A stretch of DNA of 43,457 bases from a virus (taxonomy: Duplodnaviria; Caudoviricetes): positions 1 through 43,457 of IMG/VR virus record IMGVR_UViG_3300042465_003011. One strand, 5' to 3'. Of the stretch, positions 9,128-17,750 are shown piece by piece. How positions within the stretch are numbered: the first letter of the stretch is position 1; each line of letters begins with the position of its first letter. The position numbers and the translations under genes were made by a program. The notes under the pieces were generated by a model. It did no database searches and had not been told where the DNA came from. It was given only the letters and a program-made list of their open reading frames with translations.

Positions 9128-9642
9128 TGCACACAACCACCACCAACGCCGCCGCCTTTTTTTACATTGACGGGATCCCCACCAAAGGGGCATGGGTAGA
9201 CCTCGACGAATCGACCACTTGGGAGGACATCGCCGCCGCCATTCGGGAGAAGATCCCCGGGGCTGTGATCGATGAAATCCTCTGCGCCGACGCCGAGGGA
9301 CTGGCGCGGCACTTCCTGAGCCGTTATGACTGCTTTTCGCTTGGCGAATGGCAGACATGGGCAGAGGCCGCCGCCCGATCGTATCTCGACCCGGAGATCG
9401 TGGCCGCCTATTGTGAGAATTTAGGCGACTGGACGGAGGAGGCCGTATCAAACGCTGAGGACGCCTATGCGGGATTCTTCGATAACCGGGAGGACTTTGC
9501 CTACGATCTCGCCGAACAGACGGGAATGCTTGAGAGCGTGCCCGATAATCTTCGCTATTACTTCGACTTCGAGAAATTCGCCCGAGATCTTCTCATGTGC
9601 GACTACTTCGAGAACAACGGCCACTATTTTCACAGCCGCTAG
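9127..9642 (+). CDS. ardA: Antirestriction protein ArdA (DNA mimic)
   Basis: Very acidic; G.WVDL, EILCAD.EG, Y.G.FD..EDFA and LRYYFDFEKFARDL are ArdA hallmarks. Confidence 0.88.
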   Translation: MHTTTTNAAAFFYIDGIPTKGAWVDLDESTTWEDIAAAIREKIPGAVIDEILCADAEGLARHFLSRYDCFSLGEWQTWAEAAARSYLDPEIVAAYCENLGDWTEEAVSNAEDAYAGFFDNREDFAYDLAEQTGMLESVPDNLRYYFDFEKFARDLLMCDYFENNGHYFHSR

Positions 9643-9654
9643 GAGGCCGCCGCC

Positions 9655-9852
9655 ATGCTCTACCAATACAAACCCGCACCAAACGACCCACAGGCCGCCG
9701 CCCTGCCCTATGGACTGCGCCTGAAGGTGATCCCCGGCACACGCCGAGGACAGACCGAGGACGGGGTTTTTTTCACTACTGTTCAGGTTCAGGACACCGC
9801 CGGGAATCCCCTCGGCCGGGTTCTTTTTAATTCCTTGGAGGTTCTCAGATGA
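9655..9852 (+). CDS. Hypothetical early protein
   Basis: RBS GCTAGGAGG; 65 aa. Confidence 0.65.
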   Translation: MLYQYKPAPNDPQAAALPYGLRLKVIPGTRRGQTEDGVFFTTVQVQDTAGNPLGRVLFNSLEVLR

Positions 9853-10124
9853 AAAGATGGACGATCGCCGCCGGGGAATCGCCCCGGGTTTACCTGATCA
9901 ACGACGGACGCGACGCCGTGGGGGAGATCGTATTCACCGACACCCGACGCCCGGAGGACGCCCGATTGATCGCCGCCGCGCCTGATCTACTGGACGCGCT
10001 ATACCTTGCGCTCCCATTCGTGGAGGATCACGAGGGGTCAGAGATCTACAAACCCGGAGCCGTGGCCGATGCTATCCGCAAAATTCGCGCCGCCATTGAT
10101 AAAGCCGAGGGGGTGAGATCATGA
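9849..10124 (+). CDS. Hypothetical early protein (ARLIAAAPDLL family)
   Basis: DARLIAAAPDLLDAL...RAAIDKAEG motif, common in phage accessory genes. Confidence 0.75.
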   Translation: MKRWTIAAGESPRVYLINDGRDAVGEIVFTDTRRPEDARLIAAAPDLLDALYLALPFVEDHEGSEIYKPGAVADAIRKIRAAIDKAEGVRS

Positions 10125-10324
10125 GATTAGCCGCATTCACCCGGACAGATGCCGGGCTGTTCAAGGTTTACGACCACGGCCACGACTGGCAGATCGTGGG
10201 AGATCACTTCGAGAGATGGGCGAGTGCATGGGCGGCAGATCGCCCTGCCAGTTTGCGCCGCGCCTGTTCCCTGATCCCCAACGCCGACCCGGCCGCGATC
10301 GTTTACCCGGAGGCCGCCGAATGA
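10121..10324 (+). CDS. Hypothetical early protein
   Basis: ATGA-coupled at both ends; GAGG RBS. Confidence 0.6.
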   Translation: MRLAAFTRTDAGLFKVYDHGHDWQIVGDHFERWASAWAADRPASLRRACSLIPNADPAAIVYPEAAE

Positions 10325-10524
10325 GCAAAGACCGAACCGAACACTACGCCTTCGCCCGGGGTTATTACGACGCACGCGCCGAGGGATTAGACCGAAACCC
10401 GTGGACGGACTGCGCCGAACCATCGCCCGAAATAGACCGCCAGCGCGCCGCCTATTCGGACGGCTACGAGTGGGGAATCTCCGATTATTGCGCCGAACAC
10501 CACCCCGAGGAGGTGAACCAATGA
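10321..10524 (+). CDS. Hypothetical early protein
   Basis: Start at ATG 10321 (MSKDRTEHYAFARGYYD...AYSDGYEWG); GGAGG RBS. Confidence 0.65.
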   Translation: MSKDRTEHYAFARGYYDARAEGLDRNPWTDCAEPSPEIDRQRAAYSDGYEWGISDYCAEHHPEEVNQ

Positions 10525-10658
10525 ACCGCCGAGACCTTGACGCCCTGCGCCAACGACTGGCCGCCCGGGGTGCATCAGAGGAGGACGACCCGCCGGGTTT
10601 ACTGGCCGTCGCCGCCGTTTTACTTGCTGTCGTTTTTATTTTTTCGATGTTCATCTGA
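10521..10658 (+). CDS. Small C-terminally anchored membrane protein
   Basis: MNRRDLDAL...GLLAVAAVLLAVVFIFSMFI; RBS GAGGAGGTG. Confidence 0.65.
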   Translation: MNRRDLDALRQRLAARGASEEDDPPGLLAVAAVLLAVVFIFSMFI

Positions 10659-10670
10659 GGAGGTGAGGCT

Positions 10671-11168
10671 ATGAGAGTTTTAACTGTTGAAGCATTTCGT
10701 TTTCAAGACCTAGAAGATGAGGCTAAAGAACGCGCCCGGGAATGGTATCGGAACGGCCTCGAATATCCTTGGTTTAGCGAATCGATCGATTCAATCCGGG
10801 CATTCGCCAAGCATTTCGGCGTAAGCCTGATGGATTGGGAGATCGGGGGCGGCCGCAATTACATCAAGACAGACGCCACCAATGCCAATTTCAGGGGGGT
10901 GAGGCTGGACTCAATCAACCGCGACCATATGCCCACAGGATATTGTCTCGACGCTGATTTGTGGGAAGCCTTTTACGACGAGTTTAAGAAAACAGGGGAC
11001 GCCAAGCACGCATTCGAACAGGCACTTGAGGCCGCACTCTGCGCCGTTCAGAGGGACATTGAATACCAGTATTCCAATGAGGCCGTGGACGAATCGCTGA
11101 GATTCAACGAGTACGAGTTTAATTCCGATGGATCAATTTTTACTGCTAAGGAGATGGAAATTGCGTGA
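10671..11168 (+). CDS. Conserved hypothetical early protein
   Basis: F.DL.DEAKERAREW, TGYCLD and EY.YS.EAVDE...NEYEF..DG motifs; strong RBS. Confidence 0.8.
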   Translation: MRVLTVEAFRFQDLEDEAKERAREWYRNGLEYPWFSESIDSIRAFAKHFGVSLMDWEIGGGRNYIKTDATNANFRGVRLDSINRDHMPTGYCLDADLWEAFYDEFKKTGDAKHAFEQALEAALCAVQRDIEYQYSNEAVDESLRFNEYEFNSDGSIFTAKEMEIA

Positions 11169-11421
11169 ACGAAAAGATTTAACTTCCCGGTGGGTGAGTA
11201 CCGCTCGCACCCAATTATTGAACCGCAAGATCGTCGCTGTTCGATACATGACGGACGAGGAGGCCGAGGAGATCGGGTGGTATTCCCGCCCGGTGATTAT
11301 CCAACTCGACGATGGCAATCAAATTTTCCCGGCCGCCGACGACGAGGGCAACGACGCAGGGGCATTGTTCACCAGTAGCGAGGCCGACCCTGTTCTGCCC
11401 GTTCTATCAAGAGGAGATTAA
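11161..11421 (+). CDS. Hypothetical early protein
   Basis: TTG start after AAGGAG; VRYMTDEEAEEIGW...DDEGNDAGALF. Confidence 0.7.
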   Translation: MRERKDLTSRWVSTARTQLLNRKIVAVRYMTDEEAEEIGWYSRPVIIQLDDGNQIFPAADDEGNDAGALFTSSEADPVLPVLSRGD

Positions 11422-11424
11422 CAA

Positions 11425-11838
11425 ATGGGATTCTTTTCTAAAACCTGTGCCAAAACAAATCTGCCAGTAATCCATCACGGATATGGGGACGATTGGCACA
11501 GCAAACACCCGGAGTTTTCCGAGGTTGTCGTTCTCTACCCGGACGGCCGCAAAGTGGAGGGGTTCTATACGGGCTATGGACGGGTTCTAGCCTCGGAAGG
11601 TGAGGTTACATTGTGCCCTGATGGGTACACCGAGGAAGCGTGGGGGAGCCTTAAATTCGTTCTGAAAAAACACTACGCCGGGGAATCCTACGAAGATCTC
11701 GGACGATCGCACGATGAGATGGCGCAGGGTCATTTCATGGCCGAAGATTTTATTCTCTATTGCAAGATGCTCAAACCCGAGGGGTTCAAGGACTACTTAG
11801 GGTACAAGCGGGCATTTCAAAAACACGCTCAATGGTGA
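11425..11838 (+). CDS. Hypothetical early protein
   Basis: MGFFSKTC...G.Y.GYGRV...QGHF; RBS GAGGAG. Confidence 0.75.
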   Translation: MGFFSKTCAKTNLPVIHHGYGDDWHSKHPEFSEVVVLYPDGRKVEGFYTGYGRVLASEGEVTLCPDGYTEEAWGSLKFVLKKHYAGESYEDLGRSHDEMAQGHFMAEDFILYCKMLKPEGFKDYLGYKRAFQKHAQW

Positions 11839-11842
11839 TCCT

Positions 11843-12064
11843 ATGTTCAATGTATACATGAAACTAACCGACGGGGAAAAAGTAACTTGGGTGGGCGAGG
11901 CTAACAATAGCGGCCACGCTATGGCGCAAGCATTCAAGTATGTCAACGATAACTACGAGGCGACAGTCTACGATTTTGATATGGAGGAGGAGGAGAGAGT
12001 CCACGAGGAGAACTGCCCTGCAATAGATGGTTTTGGGTGTAGGTGCGGGGAGGGGGTCAGATGA
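11843..12064 (+). CDS. Hypothetical early protein
   Basis: 73 aa ending H..NCPA.DGFGCRC. Confidence 0.6.
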   Translation: MFNVYMKLTDGEKVTWVGEANNSGHAMAQAFKYVNDNYEATVYDFDMEEEERVHEENCPAIDGFGCRCGEGVR

Positions 12065-12306
12065 ATAAACCAAACCGACCAAGCATACCCAAGATACGCA
12101 AGGCATTTAATGGTTACTTGTGCCAAGACATTGCAGGGTATGAGATAACCATGTGGGATTTGTTGCATTGGGTAGATCTTCAGCACGCGATGCACTTTTT
12201 TACAGACACAACGGGACTGCCTATGGGTGTATGCGAAGAATTTGAGCGCGAGCCAGACAGGGTTGTGGAAGATTTGATTAAACAAAAAGCATGGGAGGGG
12301 AAATGA
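12061..12306 (+). CDS. Hypothetical early protein
   Basis: Start at ATG 12061, ATGA-coupled. Confidence 0.6.
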   Translation: MNKPNRPSIPKIRKAFNGYLCQDIAGYEITMWDLLHWVDLQHAMHFFTDTTGLPMGVCEEFEREPDRVVEDLIKQKAWEGK

Positions 12307-12494
12307 ATTTTGACAACATGACGCTAGAAGAACTGGCTCAATTTAATCGTGAGTACGATGAACTACAGGCCGCATACGCTAGTGCCGCAGAGCATGACGC
12401 AAAGATGCAAGCCATGAACCCCATTCCCGATGAATGGGAAGATGAGATGGAGTATTGGAGCAGGGCAGGGCTTGATAGCGGGGGGCGGCCATGA
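12303..12494 (+). CDS. Small acidic early protein
   Basis: Start at ATG 12303 after GGAGG. Confidence 0.6.
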   Translation: MNFDNMTLEELAQFNREYDELQAAYASAAEHDAKMQAMNPIPDEWEDEMEYWSRAGLDSGGRP

Positions 12495-12754
12495 CGCACC
12501 TTGTCGTTAATGGGCTTGACCTAACCTATAGGACACAGCGCGATATTTGGGTGGCGTGTCTTGGGGTCGATTATGTCGTGCATTTCAACCATCCTTCAGG
12601 GGCGCATTGGAGGGCGCAACTACCATTTGGAATTGAGCCGATTGCTACCGCTAAGACGCTTGACGCTTGCGTTATTGCCGTTCAAAAGCACTACGAACAG
12701 AGACAAAAAGAAAGGCGTAAACGAATAAATTTAACGGAGGCTGAAAATGTTTGA
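12491..12754 (+). CDS. Hypothetical early protein
   Basis: 87 aa, ATGA-coupled. Confidence 0.6.
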   Translation: MTHLVVNGLDLTYRTQRDIWVACLGVDYVVHFNHPSGAHWRAQLPFGIEPIATAKTLDACVIAVQKHYEQRQKERRKRINLTEAENV

Positions 12755-12766
12755 TATGGAGGAGGA

Positions 12767-12868
12767 ATGATTGAGTTCTTACGATTGCTAGGAGACGCCA
12801 TTGGCCTATTGGCTTTTGCGTGCGTCATTTATTTGTTGGCCTGTATGTTTATAAATCAAGGAGATTGA
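12767..12868 (+). CDS. Small single-TM peptide (33 aa)
   Basis: MIEFLRLLGDAIGLLAFACVIYLLACMFINQGD; GGAGG upstream. Confidence 0.5.
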   Translation: MIEFLRLLGDAIGLLAFACVIYLLACMFINQGD

Positions 12869-12869
12869 T

Positions 12870-13370
12870 ATGCCTAATTGGTGCAATAACAGTTTAATAA
12901 TTTCACACCCCGACCCTGCGATCATGGAGAAGGCGGCCGCCGCATGGAACAACGGGGAATTTCTAGCAACCTTTGTCCCTGAGCCTAACTATCCCGAGTA
13001 TTCGGATTGCGAGATTAAAAAGACCGAGAGGGAATCAGTCATGCCCGATTGGTGGAACTGGCGGATTAAGAATTGGGGAACTAAGTGGGATATAGGATTT
13101 GATCCTGACTACGGGAACAGCGTCGAGGTTGTGGACGGACAGATTGCTGTCGGGTTTGTGAGCGCATGGTCGCCGCCCATTCAAGCCTACGATTCCATGA
13201 TGGAGCAGGGGTTCTCTATTAAAGCCTATTACTTTGAACCGGGGTGCGACTTCTGTGGCCGATACGAGGACGGGATCGACGACTGTTACACCGCCAGCGA
13301 GGGAGGTATCCCCAAGGATATCGATCAGGAGATGGGCGTCACAGACACTTTCGGGAGTTATCATGAATAA
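12870..13370 (+). CDS. DUF1281/YubB-like ferredoxin-fold protein
   Basis: MPNWCNN, WWNWRIKNWGTKWD, F.SAWSPP and Y.EPG..F.G signature motifs. Confidence 0.85.
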   Translation: MPNWCNNSLIISHPDPAIMEKAAAAWNNGEFLATFVPEPNYPEYSDCEIKKTERESVMPDWWNWRIKNWGTKWDIGFDPDYGNSVEVVDGQIAVGFVSAWSPPIQAYDSMMEQGFSIKAYYFEPGCDFCGRYEDGIDDCYTASEGGIPKDIDQEMGVTDTFGSYHE

Positions 13371-13557
13371 ATATCGCGTATCAATAGCAAGACTAGAAAC
13401 TCGGGTCTATTACTTTGATCTTGAGGCAGAGAGCGAAGAAGACGCTAACTGCGAGGCATGGCAAGCATGGGATGACGGGGAGGATTGGGGGGAGGGTGAT
13501 TGCGTCCACTCCGAGGAGTGGCTTCAGCATACCGAGGTGCTTGATGAAACTGTCTAA
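13363..13557 (+). CDS. Small acidic protein (DpnD/PcfM-like pattern)
   Basis: MNKYRVSI...LEAESEEDA; GGAG RBS. Confidence 0.6.
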   Translation: MNKYRVSIARLETRVYYFDLEAESEEDANCEAWQAWDDGEDWGEGDCVHSEEWLQHTEVLDETV

Positions 13558-13762
13558 CTCCGAGGTGTATGAGTATCAGAAGATCATCTTAGCCATGAAC
13601 GATCTGCTCGACGGCAAGGATCAGGATATTGTGATCCCTGCTGTTATCTCTTATCTGGCCGCCGCCGGGGCGTTTTCCGGGGTCGAGAAGAAGAAATTTA
13701 TATCCTTCTTTGTCTCTCAGGTAGATAAAGCATATGAGGAATTCGATCGGAGAAAAGTGTGA
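13544..13762 (+). CDS. Hypothetical protein
   Basis: Start at ATG 13544 after GAGG (MKLSNSEVY...). Confidence 0.6.
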   Translation: MKLSNSEVYEYQKIILAMNDLLDGKDQDIVIPAVISYLAAAGAFSGVEKKKFISFFVSQVDKAYEEFDRRKV

Positions 13763-14091
13763 ACCTAAGGCTAACCGGGGGGAAGATCCCCATCAATACC
13801 GGGAACGATCGACACCCCATCATGCTAGTAGATCTACCCGATCGGGGGTTGTTCGATTCCCTGTTCAAGTATCTGAGGCCGGATGGTAAGGATAAGTATT
13901 GGGATATCCTGACCGAGCGGCTCTCAGGTAAGACCCTGACGGAGGTAGCCTCATCCCGTGGTGTAACAAAAGAACGGGTGAGGCAGATCGAGGCTAGGAT
14001 CCTAAGGGTTTTATCAACCCATTATCGAGAAGTGATTGCTTCAGAGACTGTGACGCTCGAAACAATCCAACCCTTGCGACATGATCGTTAA
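13759..14091 (+). CDS. Sigma-70 region-4 HTH domain protein
   Basis: GKTLTEVASSRGVTKERVRQIEARIL is the region 4.2 signature; no region 2. Confidence 0.8.
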   Translation: MNLRLTGGKIPINTGNDRHPIMLVDLPDRGLFDSLFKYLRPDGKDKYWDILTERLSGKTLTEVASSRGVTKERVRQIEARILRVLSTHYREVIASETVTLETIQPLRHDR

Positions 14092-14836
14092 AATCATCCC
14101 CGACTGTGGGTGCAAGCCAGTATGGTTTGCCTGTTTTCTCAGCCGTTTTCTCTCCCGTGCGGCTTGCATCATTATCAGCGATGACGATGCCGCCGGGGGT
14201 CTTGACTGCCATGAACTCCATATTCGATGCGGAGAAACATACATGAATGGTGTATCGGATTTTTATCGCCTTCATAGCCGCACGAACGGAGAGCGCGGTG
14301 GCATAGCCCTCGACGAAGATGGGGATCCCTTTTGCGTCCATCGTAAAGGTTGCGCCCTTCGTAACCTGACCACTCAGGAACTTCTTTTCCCCCTTATCGT
14401 CGATGAGTTGACACCCTACAAGACGACCATTGACCCGCATCGGGATCACTAGGAGCATTGAATTATCTGTGACCCATACATTCCCCTCCTCCTCGGGGAA
14501 TCCTTTTCCTGTCAGGTAGGGGTGGAACGCTTGCCGAGTTTGGTGAAGTATCCATCCCGCCCTCGATGCCGCCTTCTCTGCCGCCTCCTTCCTCTCCCTG
14601 TCTGCCTCAAACTTAGCCCGTCTTGCTTGCATGGGGGTGAGTGAGGATGACTGCCCCTTCCATATCACGGGTGACGACATCGTTGCCCAGTTCTGAACCC
14701 ATCCATGATCTCCCATGTATTTATACCGGCCATTACGGGAGCGGGGGTGATCCTCTGTCGGTGTTGCGACCCACTTGCCGGGGACTACGCCGTTCAGAAT
14801 CAGGCCGTGCGATCGGGCGAATTCCTCAAACCTCAT
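13994..14836 (-). CDS. TOPRIM-domain DNA primase
   Basis: HPYL..KG, LVIPM, CQLI...GEKKFL.G, VEGYATALS, IADND...G and DFND. Start probably MRFEEFA (14836). Confidence 0.88.
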   Translation of the reverse strand: MRFEEFARSHGLILNGVVPGKWVATPTEDHPRSRNGRYKYMGDHGWVQNWATMSSPVIWKGQSSSLTPMQARRAKFEADRERKEAAEKAASRAGWILHQTRQAFHPYLTGKGFPEEEGNVWVTDNSMLLVIPMRVNGRLVGCQLIDDKGEKKFLSGQVTKGATFTMDAKGIPIFVEGYATALSVRAAMKAIKIRYTIHVCFSASNMEFMAVKTPGGIVIADNDASRTGEKTAEKTGKPYWLAPTVGDDFNDHVARVGLFRASQSLKQSLLDNGLIKPLGS

Positions 14837-15101
14837 TGATGCCACCTATCCCGTGCGCCTTCTCAATGATCGCGGCGATCTCCAATAGTTCATCCCCTAG
14901 ATCTGAGTAGTAGTCGAGCAGTTTATATACCTCATCGTTAGATAAAGGACGATGCACGACTGGCAGGGAACACGGCTTGCTATCAGAGTGGATGACCCCG
15001 AGGATCGTCGAATCACCACAGGAACACACACCGATGGCCTGAGTTAGTTGATCGGCACGCCACTGTAATCCTAAAACATAATGCTCATATTCACTCGTCA
15101 T
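14826..15101 (-). CDS. Hypothetical protein
   Basis: Ends RPLSNDEV...AIIEKAHGIG, a common phage motif. Confidence 0.65.
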   Translation of the reverse strand: MTSEYEHYVLGLQWRADQLTQAIGVCSCGDSTILGVIHSDSKPCSLPVVHRPLSNDEVYKLLDYYSDLGDELLEIAAIIEKAHGIGGINEV

Positions 15102-15207
15102 ATTGTTTCCTCTCCCACTCGCGCTCCTCGAAGTAGTCGGGTTGCTCTGGCTGTTGGGGATAGTCCTCCTCCAAAGGCCACGGCTTATAGTAATCTGGTG
15201 CGTCCAT
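15091..15207 (-). CDS. Small acidic peptide (38 aa)
   Basis: MDAPDYYKPWPLEEDYPQQPEQPDYFEEREWERKQYDE; AGGAG RBS and TAATG coupling to the helicase. Confidence 0.5.
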   Translation of the reverse strand: MDAPDYYKPWPLEEDYPQQPEQPDYFEEREWERKQYDE

Positions 15208-16688
15208 TATCTTGCTCCTATTTGTTTTTTAGCCCACGCTATTGTTTTGTGCTTGATCCAGTTTATGGTCTTGATTGATGGCATGATCGGAGTCTCCTGC
15301 AATCCCCTCGGCCATACGCCAAACTTCTCCCGGTACTTGTGGCTTGCCCAATGAATGTTGTAACTGCGCTCCCGGGCTATGTGAATTAGTTCAGAGTAGA
15401 ACAGTTGCTTATCGTCTGACTTAACCCGCTTGCCGCTTACCAGTTCCTCAAGTTGTCCGGCCACCGCATCGACATAGTTCCTAGTCTTACGGACATGACC
15501 GCACGACGGGCATATGTCTGTCGCCTTAGGCCACAAGTGTCCACAGGCTGGGCACTTGGATTCCTTCTTAACCTTCTCAGTAGGTTCCCTCTTGGCCTTC
15601 TCTGCCTTGTCGTCTAACTTACTGACGCCCTCGGAATACACCTCATCCCAGTCATCCCTGAACCGCAGATAATTACCTGAGTGATCTAGCCATAGCGCAA
15701 ACTCCTTGCCCTCGCATGACCGCATCACCCTGCCCATCTGCTGTATGTGACTGGAGAATGATTTAGAAAACGGCCTAGCCGATACGCCAATCATTACATC
15801 GGGAACATCGAACCCCCGGGTCAGAATGTCGGTAGCAATCAGGCCGTGGATCTCTGTGTCTGGTTTGGCAAAGTCCTCGATGGCCTCTCTCTTGAAGTCG
15901 TCGTTGTCCTTGTATGAGATCGACACAAAGTTATACCCCTGCTGTGCGAACCGCTCGACTAGATCGGCGCCGTGGGCTACACCTGAACAGAATACGATCG
16001 TCTTTCTTGGTCTGCCAAATATCTCATGGGTTTTCTTGATCCACTCCTGAACTATGTCGCCAGTGAGTTTCATTCCGCGCTCGGTCACTACATCCTGCGA
16101 CCACTCGCCAGCCACCTTCTTAGCCCCGGTCATATCAATCTCTTTGGCAATGAACACCTTCATCGGTGTAAGCCATCGGTTATCGACTAACCAGTTGTTC
16201 GTAGATCCGCATACGACATTCTCATAGATATCACCTAGCCCCTTGGTAAACGGGGTCGCAGTCAGGCCAATCACCTTGACATCAGGATTATTCTTGATGA
16301 ATTCGGTTGTCTGCTTCCGGGCTATGTGGCACTCGTCCACGATCAGTAGATCGATTTTGGGAAAGTCCTGTCTGCGCTCCAAGGTCTGCGCTGAACACAC
16401 CTGTAGTCGGGAACGGGGATTGTAGTTCCAGTGCCCGGACTGATACACGCCGTGGTCTAGTCTGTACTTGGATAACCTAAGACTTGTCTGATCTACTAGC
16501 ACCAGTCGGTCTAGGACTATGGCGGCCGTGTTGTACTTCTCGGCTGTCGCCTTCATAAGATAGATCGCTACCTCTGTCTTACCAAACCCCGTCGGGGCGT
16601 AAAGCAATTGGGATCTGTAACCTCTCTTGAAACCATCCCGTAGGTCATCGATCACCTTCATCTGGTGATCGCGCAACTGCAACTCCAT
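15207..16688 (-). CDS. Superfamily II DNA helicase with C-terminal Zn ribbon
   Basis: APTGFGKT, DECH, GLTATP, RGFDVP, QQMGRVMR and CPACG...CPSCG. Start at ATG 16688, 7 nt after AGGAG. Confidence 0.92.
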   Translation of the reverse strand: MELQLRDHQMKVIDDLRDGFKRGYRSQLLYAPTGFGKTEVAIYLMKATAEKYNTAAIVLDRLVLVDQTSLRLSKYRLDHGVYQSGHWNYNPRSRLQVCSAQTLERRQDFPKIDLLIVDECHIARKQTTEFIKNNPDVKVIGLTATPFTKGLGDIYENVVCGSTNNWLVDNRWLTPMKVFIAKEIDMTGAKKVAGEWSQDVVTERGMKLTGDIVQEWIKKTHEIFGRPRKTIVFCSGVAHGADLVERFAQQGYNFVSISYKDNDDFKREAIEDFAKPDTEIHGLIATDILTRGFDVPDVMIGVSARPFSKSFSSHIQQMGRVMRSCEGKEFALWLDHSGNYLRFRDDWDEVYSEGVSKLDDKAEKAKREPTEKVKKESKCPACGHLWPKATDICPSCGHVRKTRNYVDAVAGQLEELVSGKRVKSDDKQLFYSELIHIARERSYNIHWASHKYREKFGVWPRGLQETPIMPSIKTINWIKHKTIAWAKKQIGAR

Positions 16689-16743
16689 AGACACTCTCCT
16701 TTGCTACCCGGATCCGCCGGGTGTCGGCTGGGCTTACGCCCTC

Positions 16744-16911
16744 TTACTGCTGTTTGCCTAGCAGGAAATACAACTCCTTCGCTAGGTCTAGTACCTCTGC
16801 TGATTCTCTGAGCGCCTCCTTCATGTCACGCTCGTTTGTTAACCGATATACCTCACGCAGTCTGTTCTGCATCTCGATATATACACCTGAATAATCTACT
16901 GTGCTTTGCAT
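16744..16911 (-). CDS. Hypothetical protein (55 aa)
   Basis: Not in the track. MQSTVDYSGVYIEMQNRLREVYRLTNERDMKEALRESAEVLDLAKELYFLLGKQQ. Confidence 0.55.
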   Translation of the reverse strand: MQSTVDYSGVYIEMQNRLREVYRLTNERDMKEALRESAEVLDLAKELYFLLGKQQ

Positions 16912-17726
16912 TTTTTCAAATCATTCTGTAACTGTTTAACCCTTCGTATGAGATCAGAGTTCTGATTCTGAAATGTATCCCTGCTCTCACGCAACGCTCT
17001 ATTGTCAATCTCTAGCAGACGAATCTTCTCCCGCAACTCGGCAATAAGTTCTTGGGCATCGATCTTCTCTATCTCACTAGCATCCCATTGACCGACGGCG
17101 ATCTTATCCTTGAGCAGTGTATTCTCCTGCGATACCGCAGTCAGCGCATCAGTAAGTTCCCTAATCATGTGATCTTCAGGCGGCGGCTCTTCCTTCTTGG
17201 CCTTTTCTTTGCCGATATTCTTGGTCTCGATCGTGGACTCTTCGCCGTGCTTGTTCTTGTACTTCTTCTTGGTGGGTGCTGGCTTGCCCTGCTCTTTATC
17301 CAAGGATGCCTTGACCCGGCCGACTGTCATATTGGATACGCCTACGTGCTTTGCGATCTCTCCGTTTGACCACTTGCCCCACACAGGGTGTTGAAGCATA
17401 CGGATTATTATGCTCCGCTTATCTTCATATGACCTTGATAAACCCTGCCTACCATCAGCCGAGAATGCATAGAGCACAGCATCATCAAGTGTTCCCTGCT
17501 TTACATCACACTCAATCTCAAGTTCGCCGTTGGATTTGGTGGCGAAGTATCGGTGAAATCCATTTGCTAACCAATACTCTGACCCATCGTGGAACACTGT
17601 GACAGGAGGAAACTTTTGTCCATCCTTCATGCATTCTGCGTATTCTTTTACAACGTCGTGGTTTAGTTTGAGACGGGCTTGCGTCCCACCATCTGTACGG
17701 ATGGCGGATATATCTATCTTCTTCAT
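16896..17726 (-). CDS. ParB N-terminal domain, HTH and coiled-coil protein
   Basis: GGTQAR, FPPVTVF...LANGFHRY.A (ParB/Srx fold), WSNGEIAKHVGVS HTH and C-terminal coiled coil. Confidence 0.8.
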   Translation of the reverse strand: MKKIDISAIRTDGGTQARLKLNHDVVKEYAECMKDGQKFPPVTVFHDGSEYWLANGFHRYFATKSNGELEIECDVKQGTLDDAVLYAFSADGRQGLSRSYEDKRSIIIRMLQHPVWGKWSNGEIAKHVGVSNMTVGRVKASLDKEQGKPAPTKKKYKNKHGEESTIETKNIGKEKAKKEEPPPEDHMIRELTDALTAVSQENTLLKDKIAVGQWDASEIEKIDAQELIAELREKIRLLEIDNRALRESRDTFQNQNSDLIRRVKQLQNDLKKCKAQ

Positions 17727-17750
17727 TTTTTCTCCTAGCGAACGATCAGT

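Noticed and set aside
8320-13364. Minus-strand ORFs in the early region (e.g. 8707-9048, 9059-9451, 10127-10654)
   Set aside because: GC-rich shadows; the plus strand is fully tiled by RBS-bearing coupled ORFs.
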